Part shown: one piece after another, positions 30,429-40,177 of the stretch | Layout: every line of letters starts with the position of its first letter | Position numbering within the stretch: position 1 is the stretch's first letter | Assembly (NCBI GenBank): GCA_019429365.1 | Contig: JAHYJD010000004.1 | Coordinates: forward strand, 26,663 to 90,662 | DNA: 64,000 nucleotides | Direction: 5' to 3' | DNA from: Bacteroidales bacterium | Lineage (GTDB): Bacteria; Bacteroidota; Bacteroidia; Bacteroidales; UBA7960 | Made by a program: the position numbers and the translations under genes | Notes under the pieces: model-generated | The model's database searches: none | What the model was told of the DNA's origin: nothing | The model's input: the letters and a program-made list of their open reading frames with translations, nothing else

Positions 30429-30658
30429 AATGGTTACCCTTAATGATGCATAAACCACAAATATAATGAATCGGGAGGGCTTTTGCAATTTGCAGATGCT
30501 TTCAATTGGCAGCGAATCAGAAAATGAAAGTATTCCGAAACAAAGAAAAACCTTTTGAAAATTGCCAAAATAATCGGAAGTTTGAAATTTGTAATTATCT
30601 TGCTTAAAATTTGTGAACATTAATTTTTTTATATTTTTTGCATCAATTTATTAATGAA

Positions 30659-33049
30659 ATGAAAATGAAAGATCATAAAAAAACCATTCTTTTTTCTCTA
30701 TTCTTAATTATCTCGCTCTCAGGTTTTTCGCAGCAGTCGGAACGGGCCTTGAAATTACTCGAGAATTTGCAGCGGTTTGAAGTTGATTATCCGCAGCAGA
30801 AAGTTTTCTTACATCTTGACAGGGAAGAATATCTGGCAGGTGAAAATATTTGGTATAAAGTATACCTGGTGAATGCAACAGATCATAACCCCGATACCTT
30901 AAGCACCAGTGTGAATGTAGAGCTGTTTAATGTTGATGGTCAAGCTGTTGCTTTGCAGCTGGTAAGGATGCAGAATGGAATAGGTTACGGGCAGATTACC
31001 CTCCCTGATTCTCTGCCGGAGGGAAATTATAAAATCAGGTCTTACACCAATTGGATGCTCAATTTTTCTGAACAACTTTTTTTTGAAAGGGATATTTTTG
31101 TCCATAATCCTATCGAGGAAAATTTTATTAGACGGGCTGACATCAGGCGTAACAGAAATTTTAATCGTGACCTTGAATTGAAGGGGAAGGAAATTCAGTT
31201 TGGCATTTTTCCTGAAGGCGGACAGTTGGTTGGAGGGCTTGAAAGCCGGGTGGCCATTTTTGTTGCCGACGGATTAGGAACCCCTTTTAAAGCAAATGGA
31301 AAGATTGTGAATAATGCAGGGGAGCCACTTGCTGATTTCGAGGTAGATGAGTTTGGGATGGGTTTGTTCTTACTCACACCTCAGTTTGGGCAGACTTATT
31401 TTGCGGAACTAATTGTTCAGGGGCAAAGCACCAAAAGATTTTCCTTGCCAGAGGTGTTGCAACAAGCTTATAACCTTAGGGTTAATGTCAATGAGGATGA
31501 TGTTATGGTGTTGGTTCGGGCCGGTTTCGATCCTGCAGAATTTAATTTGCCATCTGAAATTATGGTGGTTGCGCAGTCCGGTGGCAAGGCCTACTTTTTT
31601 GAAGAAGGCAGGTTGGAGAACAGGTCCTTTTCAAATAGAATTTCCAAAAGATTGCTGCCTACAGGTGTTACCCAAGTTACGATTTTTGATGGCAATGGCA
31701 TTCCTGTTGCCGAACGACTTGTTTTCGTAAACCATCACGATCATTTCCAACCGGAACTTGATGTTAGCACTATAAGACTTGGGAATGAAAGCGGTTTTAA
31801 GGTTGATTTTGATTTAAAATTTTTTGCAGCAAACGATGATTGGGCTCATCTTTCATTAGCCGTAGAGGGTGCTGATCAGGAATTCAAATCTCCATCTCCA
31901 AGTATCTTTTCCGAATTTTTGCTGGCAAGCGACATTTCTTTAGGATTTCCAGGGATTAATTTATTTTATAATGACACTTTTGATAATGAAAAGTTGATTG
32001 ACCTCTTGCTGTTAACACGTGGATGGAGGAGATTTCAGTGGAAAGATATTATTAGCGGGAATTTTCCTGAATTGAAGTTCAATAATCCACAAGGACTGGT
32101 GCTGTCAGGCCAATTATCGGCAGTAGCAGTCGACAGAACGGTGTCGAATGTTTTGTTGGAAGTTTCCATAAATCAGGAAAGCCGCGATGTTTATTCAGTT
32201 CGGACAAACGAGCGTGGTCTTTTCCGGATTGAGGGTCTTGACTACAATGGCAACTACAGGGCAGAGTTTACCCTTCCCAATGAGAGCAGGCCGCGCGGAT
32301 TTCGGCTAAGGCTGGATGGGTCTGAGTCTTCTCCAAGAGATTTCACCCTGAATGCGGCAACTCGGCCCCATTTAGTTGTTAATCGTGGTTCTAACTGGCA
32401 AAGAGTTTCCAATCCCAGTGCTTTTGCTACCAATGTCAGGGCAGTTGAAATTGCTCAGCGCTCTGAAAGCATCTACGGAACACCAGATCAGACCATATAT
32501 ATGGATGAAGTTCCGGTAAACTACACCAACCTTGGTGAGGTATTCCGGGGTAGGGCCACAGGTGTGATTTTTGAGCGCGGTCAGCTTAGAATCAGGGGAG
32601 AGGGGAGCGTTGGGTCGAGCAATGAGCCGCTGTTTATGATGGATGGGGTGGTTGTCAATAGCGATGTTCTGCTCAATACCCGCCCGGATGAAGTGGACCG
32701 GATCGAAATATTGAAAGGCCCAAGTACGGCAATTTTCGGATCACGCGGAGCAAATGGGGTAATCGTTGTTTACTCAAAAAGAGGAGGAACCCAGTCGCCC
32801 GTTTTCCAGTATAACTTAATGGGCTTTTCAACACCAAGAGAATTTTTTAATTCAAGAATTCATTTGGATTACAAAAGGAAACATGGAGTTGGTCATACCG
32901 TTTTTTGGGAACCGGGGGTTTTCCCTGACGAGACAGGCCGGTTCAGTATTGCTTTTCCTCAAAGGGAGCAGTGGCAATTCCTGAGAATCATTTTGCAAGG
33001 AATTCATAGCAGCGGAAAATTGATTTTTGTTGAGCAAGAAATTAATTAA
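30659..33049 (+). CDS. Secreted MG2-like / TonB-plug-domain protein without a beta-barrel (paralog 1)
   Basis: PQQKVFLHLDREEYLAGE, GNYKIRSYTNWMLN, FPEGG.LV, DLLLLTRGWRRF, plug motif IEILKGPSTAIFGSRGANGVI. Confidence 0.8.
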   Translation: MKMKDHKKTILFSLFLIISLSGFSQQSERALKLLENLQRFEVDYPQQKVFLHLDREEYLAGENIWYKVYLVNATDHNPDTLSTSVNVELFNVDGQAVALQLVRMQNGIGYGQITLPDSLPEGNYKIRSYTNWMLNFSEQLFFERDIFVHNPIEENFIRRADIRRNRNFNRDLELKGKEIQFGIFPEGGQLVGGLESRVAIFVADGLGTPFKANGKIVNNAGEPLADFEVDEFGMGLFLLTPQFGQTYFAELIVQGQSTKRFSLPEVLQQAYNLRVNVNEDDVMVLVRAGFDPAEFNLPSEIMVVAQSGGKAYFFEEGRLENRSFSNRISKRLLPTGVTQVTIFDGNGIPVAERLVFVNHHDHFQPELDVSTIRLGNESGFKVDFDLKFFAANDDWAHLSLAVEGADQEFKSPSPSIFSEFLLASDISLGFPGINLFYNDTFDNEKLIDLLLLTRGWRRFQWKDIISGNFPELKFNNPQGLVLSGQLSAVAVDRTVSNVLLEVSINQESRDVYSVRTNERGLFRIEGLDYNGNYRAEFTLPNESRPRGFRLRLDGSESSPRDFTLNAATRPHLVVNRGSNWQRVSNPSAFATNVRAVEIAQRSESIYGTPDQTIYMDEVPVNYTNLGEVFRGRATGVIFERGQLRIRGEGSVGSSNEPLFMMDGVVVNSDVLLNTRPDEVDRIEILKGPSTAIFGSRGANGVIVVYSKRGGTQSPVFQYNLMGFSTPREFFNSRIHLDYKRKHGVGHTVFWEPGVFPDETGRFSIAFPQREQWQFLRIILQGIHSSGKLIFVEQEIN

Positions 33050-33269
33050 GGCATTCTTTTTTGAACTGTTCAAATTTTTTTGTTCGTTTTTTTGAAGTTA
33101 CTTTTTTACCCGATTGCTATTGAACCAGCCACCTTGAATTAGGGTTATATTATCAGAGGTATTGGTTTTTCTCTGAATCAATAACTAATGGAAAAAACGT
33201 TGACTAAAAGTTCTGATATTTTCCTGGCATTTAATTAAGCGTTATATCAAACAAAAAAGGAGAAACAAA

Positions 33270-35684
33270 ATGCGCCATACAATACATCTGGTAATTTCCC
33301 TTATATTTTTTGGGCTATTATCAACCCCAGGAACAATGGGGTCCTCCGCTGGAGAAATAGGCTCTGTTGAAGTACAAACCCCTTATCAAAAGCTGGTAGA
33401 ATTTTCCCGTACCTTTCCACAGCAAAAGGTTTACTTGCACACGGATAAAAGTGATTATCTGGCAGGAGAGGTTATTTGGCTGAAATCCTACCTCGTTTCA
33501 GCCCACTCACATAAGCCAGATACTTCAAGCACCAACCTGTTTGTGGAACTAATTGATTCGCGCAATGAATTGATCGATTTCCTGGTTTTGCGGCTTGATG
33601 GTGGGCTTTCTGATGGGTATTTTAAACTGCCTGACTCCATTCAGGGTGGAAACTATCAAATTAAAGCGTATACCAACTGGATGAATAACTTTCACGAAGA
33701 TTTTTTCTTCAGAAAGGATGTTTATGTCCATAATATTGATGAGAAAAATTATGTTACCAGGGCAGAAATTCGCCGAAATACCCGCTTTAATAATGCCCTG
33801 AATGAAAAGCAGGAAAACTTGCAATTTGCTATTTTCCCAGAAGGAGGGAATTTGGTGGCCGGATTGGAAAACCGGGTGGCATTCAAAGCAGCAAACGCAT
33901 TAGGTCAAGGGCAGCAGGCCAGTGGAGTGGTTTTGGACAGTCAGGGGAATGAGCTTGCCTCCTTCACTACTTTTCATGATGGCATGGGGGTCTTCGCTTT
34001 TTCACCCGGGCCAAATGAAAAATATACCGCCCAGGTTGTATTCCAGGATGGACAAAAGCTATCCACTGAATTGCCTCCTGCTCTTACAGAAGTCTATCTG
34101 TTTCAAGTTGATCATGATTTGGATAGTATTCGCGTAAGTGTTAAGGTTAATTTTAATCCAGCAGATTTCAATATTTCTCCCAAGATTTCAATCCTGGCTC
34201 ACACGCGAGGCAGGGCTGTTTACGTTCAAGAGGGAGAAATTATCAACGGTGTTTTTAGAACTTCAGTTCCAACTGAAAAATTTCTTCCGGGAATCACTCA
34301 TTTTACTGTTTTCGGACCCAATAATACCCCCTTGGCCGAACGCCTGGTTTTTGTCAGGAGATTTGTGAATCAAGATGAAAAACCCTCCATTGCATTTGAA
34401 AAAATGCTTGGTGACAGCCTCGTGATGGTTGATTTTTGGTTCGATCCTGAGAACGGTCCCTCTGTATCTGAAGCCAGCTATTCTCTCTCTGTCATTGAAG
34501 ATCGCGATAACAACTCCGCAGAGAAAATTAATATTGCCACCTATTTGCTTCTGACAAGCGACTTTGGAAAAACAATTCAAAACCCCTGGTATTATTTTGC
34601 AGACAATAGCCCTGAAAGACTTCAGGCTCTTGATCTGTTAATGTTAACCCATGGTTGGCGGCGATTCGTTTGGAATGATTTGCTATCAGGAAATGTTCCG
34701 AAAATTACGTTTGGTGAGCGCGATGGACTGGCAATTGTCGGGCAAGTATCTCCGATTTCTTCCTCCAGACCCACAGGGGAGCTGAATATAGAAATGTCTG
34801 TTGGGACAACCGAGGACCGGAAAATCATGCAAACAAAAACAGACCAGAATGGGCGTTTCGCCTTCACTGGCCTCGAATATTATGGTGAATTTTCTGCTTT
34901 GCTTTCAGTAGAACGTGACATTAGGGGCAGAATTTATAAAGTTGAACTTCAGACTGGTGAAAAAGGAAAATCCGAATTTAAATTGGGGCCCTATACCCAG
35001 CTCCACCAGATAACAAGTCGCGGGTCCAATTGGCAGCGCAGAGAGCGACCTGGTTTTTTCAGTCGCTTTTTCGACAACAAACCAACTTCTCAGGATGTCA
35101 AAAGTCCCAGTATGTTTGGTAACCCTGATCAAGTAATTTTTATGGAGGACCTTACCGTAAATTACACCAATGTGATTGAGATTTTGAGGGATAGGGTCAC
35201 TGGATTAAATGTTATCGGAGGTGAAATCACCTTGCGGGGGCCAACCAGTGTCATGTTAAGCAGTGAGCCTGTTTTCTTCATTGATGATGTGCAGGTAAAC
35301 CGTTTTAGCTTTCTTAATGTTCCCATTTCGGAAATCGAACGCATTGAAGTGCTGAGAGGCCCAAGCACAGCCATTCTTGGTAGTCGCGGGGCAAATGGCG
35401 CACTTCTGATCTATACTCGCCGGGCTATTCATCAGCAACAATTTACCTATGAATACGAAATGATGGGTTATCACATCCCCCGAGAGTTTTTCATTTCCAG
35501 AATTGACGTAAGTAAGTTCGAAGAAAGCCAGGTGCCTCGTACTATTTTATGGGCGCCCAACATTACGCCCGATGTGAATGGCAGGGTCAGGGTGCGCATT
35601 CCTTATTACAATGGTGGGCAGGATCTGCGCTTCAGGCTCGAAGGGATCGACCAGAACGGGCAAATTACCTTCCTTCAGTTTTAG
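33270..35684 (+). CDS. Secreted MG2-like / TonB-plug-domain protein without a beta-barrel (paralog 2)
   Basis: PQQKVYLHTDKSDYLAGE, FPEGGNLV, DLLMLTHGWRRF, IEVLRGPSTAILGSRGANG; colinear with the upstream paralog. Confidence 0.8.
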   Translation: MRHTIHLVISLIFFGLLSTPGTMGSSAGEIGSVEVQTPYQKLVEFSRTFPQQKVYLHTDKSDYLAGEVIWLKSYLVSAHSHKPDTSSTNLFVELIDSRNELIDFLVLRLDGGLSDGYFKLPDSIQGGNYQIKAYTNWMNNFHEDFFFRKDVYVHNIDEKNYVTRAEIRRNTRFNNALNEKQENLQFAIFPEGGNLVAGLENRVAFKAANALGQGQQASGVVLDSQGNELASFTTFHDGMGVFAFSPGPNEKYTAQVVFQDGQKLSTELPPALTEVYLFQVDHDLDSIRVSVKVNFNPADFNISPKISILAHTRGRAVYVQEGEIINGVFRTSVPTEKFLPGITHFTVFGPNNTPLAERLVFVRRFVNQDEKPSIAFEKMLGDSLVMVDFWFDPENGPSVSEASYSLSVIEDRDNNSAEKINIATYLLLTSDFGKTIQNPWYYFADNSPERLQALDLLMLTHGWRRFVWNDLLSGNVPKITFGERDGLAIVGQVSPISSSRPTGELNIEMSVGTTEDRKIMQTKTDQNGRFAFTGLEYYGEFSALLSVERDIRGRIYKVELQTGEKGKSEFKLGPYTQLHQITSRGSNWQRRERPGFFSRFFDNKPTSQDVKSPSMFGNPDQVIFMEDLTVNYTNVIEILRDRVTGLNVIGGEITLRGPTSVMLSSEPVFFIDDVQVNRFSFLNVPISEIERIEVLRGPSTAILGSRGANGALLIYTRRAIHQQQFTYEYEMMGYHIPREFFISRIDVSKFEESQVPRTILWAPNITPDVNGRVRVRIPYYNGGQDLRFRLEGIDQNGQITFLQF

Positions 35685-35691
35685 GAAGAGA

Positions 35692-36774
35692 TCAGGTTAA
35701 ATGAGTTAAAAAAGCCAGGGTGTCGACCCCATCGGCATAATCCCACAAATCGGGTTGCTGGCTTTGGCCAAAGGGTACCTTAAGGGTGCCCTTTTCTTTT
35801 TCGCGTTGTACAATGCACTGTATGTTTCCTGCCTCTTTTTCAAGGTGTTTCTTCAGCCAATCCTTCGAGGGATATTCGTCGTAGTGCAACACCGAAACGG
35901 GCGAAGAAAGCGAGGCGTCCGGTTTCAGCAAGCAAAAGCCGGTATCGCTATGCGGCGTGCGGTTCACAATAAATATAGCCTTGAAGTACTCGTAATTATT
36001 ATAATACTTATGGTTGTATGCCACTTTTCCAAAAGGCTCCCAGGCAAATTGCAGTGCAGAAAAGTCATAACCCTCGGGCACCAGCAGTTTGGAAACGTTG
36101 CGGCAGCCCAGCCCGAAAAACGAGAACACATCACTGCCCAGGCGCTGCAACTCCTCAGGGGTTTCATCACCCTCTAATATAGCCACTGAGTTTCTGTTTT
36201 TTCTGATAATGTGCGGATACCGGCCAAAATAATATTCGAAATAGCGGGCACTGTTGTTGCTGCCGGTGGCAATAACTGCATCAAAGCTACTGATGGGGCT
36301 TTCGGAAAAAGTCACGCTTTCGCGGAAAGCAGGCTCTATCTCCGTGAGGAGTTCGCCCAGGGCCACAGGCAGCCTGGTGTCCTGAGAAGATAACTTTCCA
36401 AGAAACTGATGTCCTGCGGTCAATACGCACAAAAAGTCATGAAAGCCAACCAGCGGTATGTTGCCCGCCATGATCACGGCCACCTTTCGGCTTACGGACT
36501 CTTTTGCTGCAAGCAGGTCAGGATAATTCCCAACCCATTTTTTCAGCTTGTTTTCATCGAGCATTTCTCCCAGGGCGTCGATGGCGCTCTTCACATTTTC
36601 AGCCGTAAACCATGGATTGTGGCCGGGTGCCTCAACTGCTTCGCGAAAAAGCTTTTGGGCAGCCGTTCCTGACAACTGGCTTTCGTTACCGCTGCCAAGG
36701 GCGGCAGCAATGGTTTTTAACTCTTTTCCCAGTAGGGCAAAGGCTTTAATGCGCTTGTCGATGGTCAGTGGCAT
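35692..36774 (-). CDS. Acyl-CoA reductase (LuxC-like) family protein
   Basis: NPWFT, IMAGNIPLVGFHD, IATGSNNSARYF, FFGLGCRNVSK, DYADGVDT. Confidence 0.88.
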   Translation of the reverse strand: MPLTIDKRIKAFALLGKELKTIAAALGSGNESQLSGTAAQKLFREAVEAPGHNPWFTAENVKSAIDALGEMLDENKLKKWVGNYPDLLAAKESVSRKVAVIMAGNIPLVGFHDFLCVLTAGHQFLGKLSSQDTRLPVALGELLTEIEPAFRESVTFSESPISSFDAVIATGSNNSARYFEYYFGRYPHIIRKNRNSVAILEGDETPEELQRLGSDVFSFFGLGCRNVSKLLVPEGYDFSALQFAWEPFGKVAYNHKYYNNYEYFKAIFIVNRTPHSDTGFCLLKPDASLSSPVSVLHYDEYPSKDWLKKHLEKEAGNIQCIVQREKEKGTLKVPFGQSQQPDLWDYADGVDTLAFLTHLT

Positions 36775-36864
36775 CTTTGTGGCTTTGAAAAGTATTTCAC
36801 CTTCTTATCTTTGCAACATGAAAACGAAGATAAGCGTTTATTCCTGAAAATTAAAACCAGGCCT

Positions 36865-37779
36865 ATGCTGCGGAAATTTTTTATGTGGTTTTTTGTTTGG
36901 TGCCTGGCGGTAGCTCCAACCTTTGCTCAGAAACAAAAGGATATTGTTGTTAATGAATTTGCCGCCCTCGAGGATTCGCTGCATCGAATGGCCATGTCGA
37001 TCATCGAACCCAGGGATGACCATGAACGCCTTGAAAGGAATGCCGCTTTTGAGGTCGCCCTTCGTGAGGCCTTGCTGCTCGACAGTACGTTGACCAATCG
37101 TTTCGACTCGGTTCGGACGGTCTCATTTTTACACAGCCCCGACGCTAGGTTTCGGATTGTGAGCTGGTACGTACCCCTGCTGAGCGGGCAGTTCCGGTAT
37201 TTTGGCTTTGTGCAGGTTGCTCCCACCAGAAAGGAGCCCGGGCAACTGATTCCGCTTACAGATATGACGGCAAGTCTTACCCAGGTCTCGGCCAGGGAAC
37301 TGGGCCCCGACGAATGGTATGGGGCCTATTATTACGAGCTTATTCACCTGAGGCACCGCAGGCACGATTACTTTACCCTGCTGGGCTGGAAGGGCGATAA
37401 TCCGGCTACCCGCAAAAGGGTCATAGAGCCTTTTAGGATTGCCGAAAGCGGCCCCGTGTTTGGCGCACAGGTTTTCGACAGCGGCGAGCGCAAGCCCTAC
37501 CGCATCATTTTTGAATACTCGGCCCGGGTCAGTATGAGCCTGAGGTATCACCCCGATTTTGTGGTGAGGCGCCGGCGCACCGTTCCCATGATCATTTTCG
37601 ACAGGCTTTCTCCAACCCACGAGAGCCTTCGCGGAAATTACAGCCAATACGTGCCTGAAGTCAATGTTTTCGACGGGTTCAGGTTTATCGATGGCCGATG
37701 GGAATTTGTTCCTGATGTAGATGCAAGGGTGGCTATTGACCCCTCGCTGGTGCCACTGAACCCTCCCCGAAACCCATAA
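36865..37779 (+). CDS. Hypothetical exported protein
   Basis: Signal peptide MLRKFF...PTFAQ; WYGAYYY, TLLGW and IIFDRL motifs; TATCTTTG box at 36806-36813 supports the 36865 start. Confidence 0.75.
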   Translation: MLRKFFMWFFVWCLAVAPTFAQKQKDIVVNEFAALEDSLHRMAMSIIEPRDDHERLERNAAFEVALREALLLDSTLTNRFDSVRTVSFLHSPDARFRIVSWYVPLLSGQFRYFGFVQVAPTRKEPGQLIPLTDMTASLTQVSARELGPDEWYGAYYYELIHLRHRRHDYFTLLGWKGDNPATRKRVIEPFRIAESGPVFGAQVFDSGERKPYRIIFEYSARVSMSLRYHPDFVVRRRRTVPMIIFDRLSPTHESLRGNYSQYVPEVNVFDGFRFIDGRWEFVPDVDARVAIDPSLVPLNPPRNP

Positions 37780-37995
37780 AGAAAAGCGATAAATATGGCT
37801 GTTTTTCTTTTTTGTATGGTTTAAATTTGCCAACTTTGCGGAGGAGATGATAAACCGGGTCCGTCGGTTTTGGGCCGCTGTTTCCTGTTAGTTTTTTTGG
37901 TGAATGTTTTCCTTTTTTTTGAAAGGGCAGATATGGATTTAAATTAAATTTTCCAATATAACCTTTTTATAAAACACTCTTAAACCCCACTAGTA

Positions 37996-39069
37996 ATGAA
38001 AAAGCATAATTTTAGCGCAGGACCCTCGGTGTTGGCACGCGAGGTCATCGAAAACACCGCCAAAGCTGTTCTTGATTTCAATGGCAGCGGTTTGTCCATT
38101 ATGGAAGTATCGCACCGTGGCAAAGATTTTCAGGCAGTTATGGATGAGGCTGTGGCCCTTTTTAAAGAAGTATTGAACATTCCCGAAGGCTACCAGGTGC
38201 TTTTCCTGGGTGGTGGCGCCAGCTTGCAGTTTGCTATGGTGCCCTATAACCTGCTGGGCAAAAAGGCCGCTTACCTCGAAACCGGCGTGTGGGCCAAGAA
38301 AGCCATTAAGGAAGCCAAGCAGTTTGGTGAAGTTGAAGTGATTGGCTCTTCGGCCGACAAGAACTTCAGCTATATCCCGAAAGGGTGGACCATTCCTGCT
38401 GATGCCGACTATTTCCATATTACTACAAACAACACCATTTATGGCACGGAGATTTTTGAAGATTTTGACAGCCCTGTGCCACTGGTGGCCGATATGTCGT
38501 CTGATATTTTCAGCCGTCCGCTCGACGTATCTAAATACGCCATCATTTATGGCGGTGCTCAGAAGAACCTTGGACCAGCCGGCGTAACCTTCGTCATCGT
38601 TCGCGAAGATATCCTTGGCAAGGTAGATCGCACCATCCCCACCATGCTCAATTATAAAACTCACATTGACAATGGAAGTATGTTCAACACACCTCCTTGT
38701 CTGCCAGTTTATACCTGCATGGAAACCCTGCGTTGGCTCAAGAAACTTGGCGGACTGGAAGTGATGCAGAAAATGAACCTTGAAAAGGCTCAGCTGCTGT
38801 ATGATGAGATTGACCGTAACTCAATGTTTGTCGGAACTGCCGAGAAAGAAAGCCGTTCGATAATGAATATTTGCTTTGTGTTTAAGCCCGAGTACGAAGA
38901 ACTGCAGGCCGAATTTCTTTCCTTTACTGGAAAAAAAGGAATGAGCGGGCTGAAGGGACACCGTTCGGTGGGCGGTTTCAGGGCATCTACCTATAATGCG
39001 CTGGCACGCGAAAGCGTGGTGGCACTGGTAGAAGCCATGCAGGAGTTCGAAAAAATGCACGCTAAGTAA
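37996..39069 (+). CDS. serC: Phosphoserine aminotransferase
   Basis: [44 protein letters not shown]. Confidence 0.97.
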   Translation: MKKHNFSAGPSVLAREVIENTAKAVLDFNGSGLSIMEVSHRGKDFQAVMDEAVALFKEVLNIPEGYQVLFLGGGASLQFAMVPYNLLGKKAAYLETGVWAKKAIKEAKQFGEVEVIGSSADKNFSYIPKGWTIPADADYFHITTNNTIYGTEIFEDFDSPVPLVADMSSDIFSRPLDVSKYAIIYGGAQKNLGPAGVTFVIVREDILGKVDRTIPTMLNYKTHIDNGSMFNTPPCLPVYTCMETLRWLKKLGGLEVMQKMNLEKAQLLYDEIDRNSMFVGTAEKESRSIMNICFVFKPEYEELQAEFLSFTGKKGMSGLKGHRSVGGFRASTYNALARESVVALVEAMQEFEKMHAK

Positions 39070-39230
39070 GTGGGGGCCAACAAGTAGTAGACCCAAAACC
39101 CTTTGTGTTTCTTGTGCCTTCTTTGGAAACTTTGTGTGAAAGCATATTCTTTTTCACAAATAACAGGGGCGTCACAAATTACACTTCAGTGAAATAGCTT
39201 TTTAAAAAAATTAACTCAAAATAATTCATT

Positions 39231-40154
39231 ATGAAAAAAGTACTGGTTGCAACCGAAAAGCCTTTTGCTCCCGTGGCTGTAAACGGGATAAAGACAGTGC
39301 TGGATGAGGCCGGATATGAAATGATCCTGCTCGAAAAATACACTTCCGTGGATGAGTTTAAGGCAGCCGCTGCTAAGGCTGATGCCATGATCATTCGCAG
39401 CGACCAAGCCACCCGCGAGGTGATTGAAGCCGCCCCTTCGGTAAAAATTATTGTCAGGGCCGGCGCCGGCTACGACAACATAGACCTGCAGGCCTGCAAC
39501 GACAAGGGCGTAGTGGCTATGAACACCCCCGGGCAAAACTCCAACGCCGTGGCCGAGCTTGCTTTCGCCATGATGCTTTACTCAATAAGGGGCGCATTCA
39601 GCGGCGCATCAGGCACCGAGCTCCGCGGAAAATCCATTGGTATTCATGCCTACGGCAACGTAGGGAAATACGTGGCAGAGATAGCAAAAGGTTTCGGCAT
39701 GAAAATTTATGCCTTCGATCCCTTTGTGAAAAAAGAGGACATTGAAAAGGATGGCCTAACAGCTCTGGACAGTGTGGAAGAATTGTACAAAACTTGCCAG
39801 TATATTTCGTTACACATCCCGGCCAACGACAAGACCAAAAAATCGATCAATTACGACCTGCTTAAGCAAATGCCCAAAAAGGGCATGCTGGTTAACACCG
39901 CCCGCAAGGAAGTGATTGACGAAGAAGGCTTGCTGAAGTTTATGGAAGAGCGCGAAGACATCCGTTACGTATCGGATATTGCCCCCGACACCAGGGCCGA
40001 TTTCGAAGCGAAATTCCCCGGAAGGGTGGTTTTTACGGCCAAGAAAATGGGCGCCCAGACCTCCGAGGCAAACATCAACGCAGGCATTGCCGCTGCAAAG
40101 CAGATCGTAGCTTTCTTTGAAAAAGGAGATGTTACCTTTAAAGTAAACAAGTAG
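39231..40154 (+). CDS. serA: D-3-phosphoglycerate dehydrogenase, short form without ACT domain
   Basis: RAGAGYDNID, NTPGQNSNAVAE, NTARKE, KKMGAQT; downstream of serC. Confidence 0.88.
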   Translation: MKKVLVATEKPFAPVAVNGIKTVLDEAGYEMILLEKYTSVDEFKAAAAKADAMIIRSDQATREVIEAAPSVKIIVRAGAGYDNIDLQACNDKGVVAMNTPGQNSNAVAELAFAMMLYSIRGAFSGASGTELRGKSIGIHAYGNVGKYVAEIAKGFGMKIYAFDPFVKKEDIEKDGLTALDSVEELYKTCQYISLHIPANDKTKKSINYDLLKQMPKKGMLVNTARKEVIDEEGLLKFMEEREDIRYVSDIAPDTRADFEAKFPGRVVFTAKKMGAQTSEANINAGIAAAKQIVAFFEKGDVTFKVNK

Positions 40155-40177
40155 AAAACCTTAAATAATTTAATTAG

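Noticed and set aside
30429-30620. Long N-terminal extensions in the ORF track (pcm; likewise 54862-55026, 61482-61595, 42965-43033)
   Set aside because: These are upstream in-frame runs through promoter or intergenic DNA. Family-typical starts lie downstream.
35692-36774. Bioluminescence (lux) locus
   Set aside because: Only a LuxC-like reductase is present, with no luxA, luxB, luxD or luxE.
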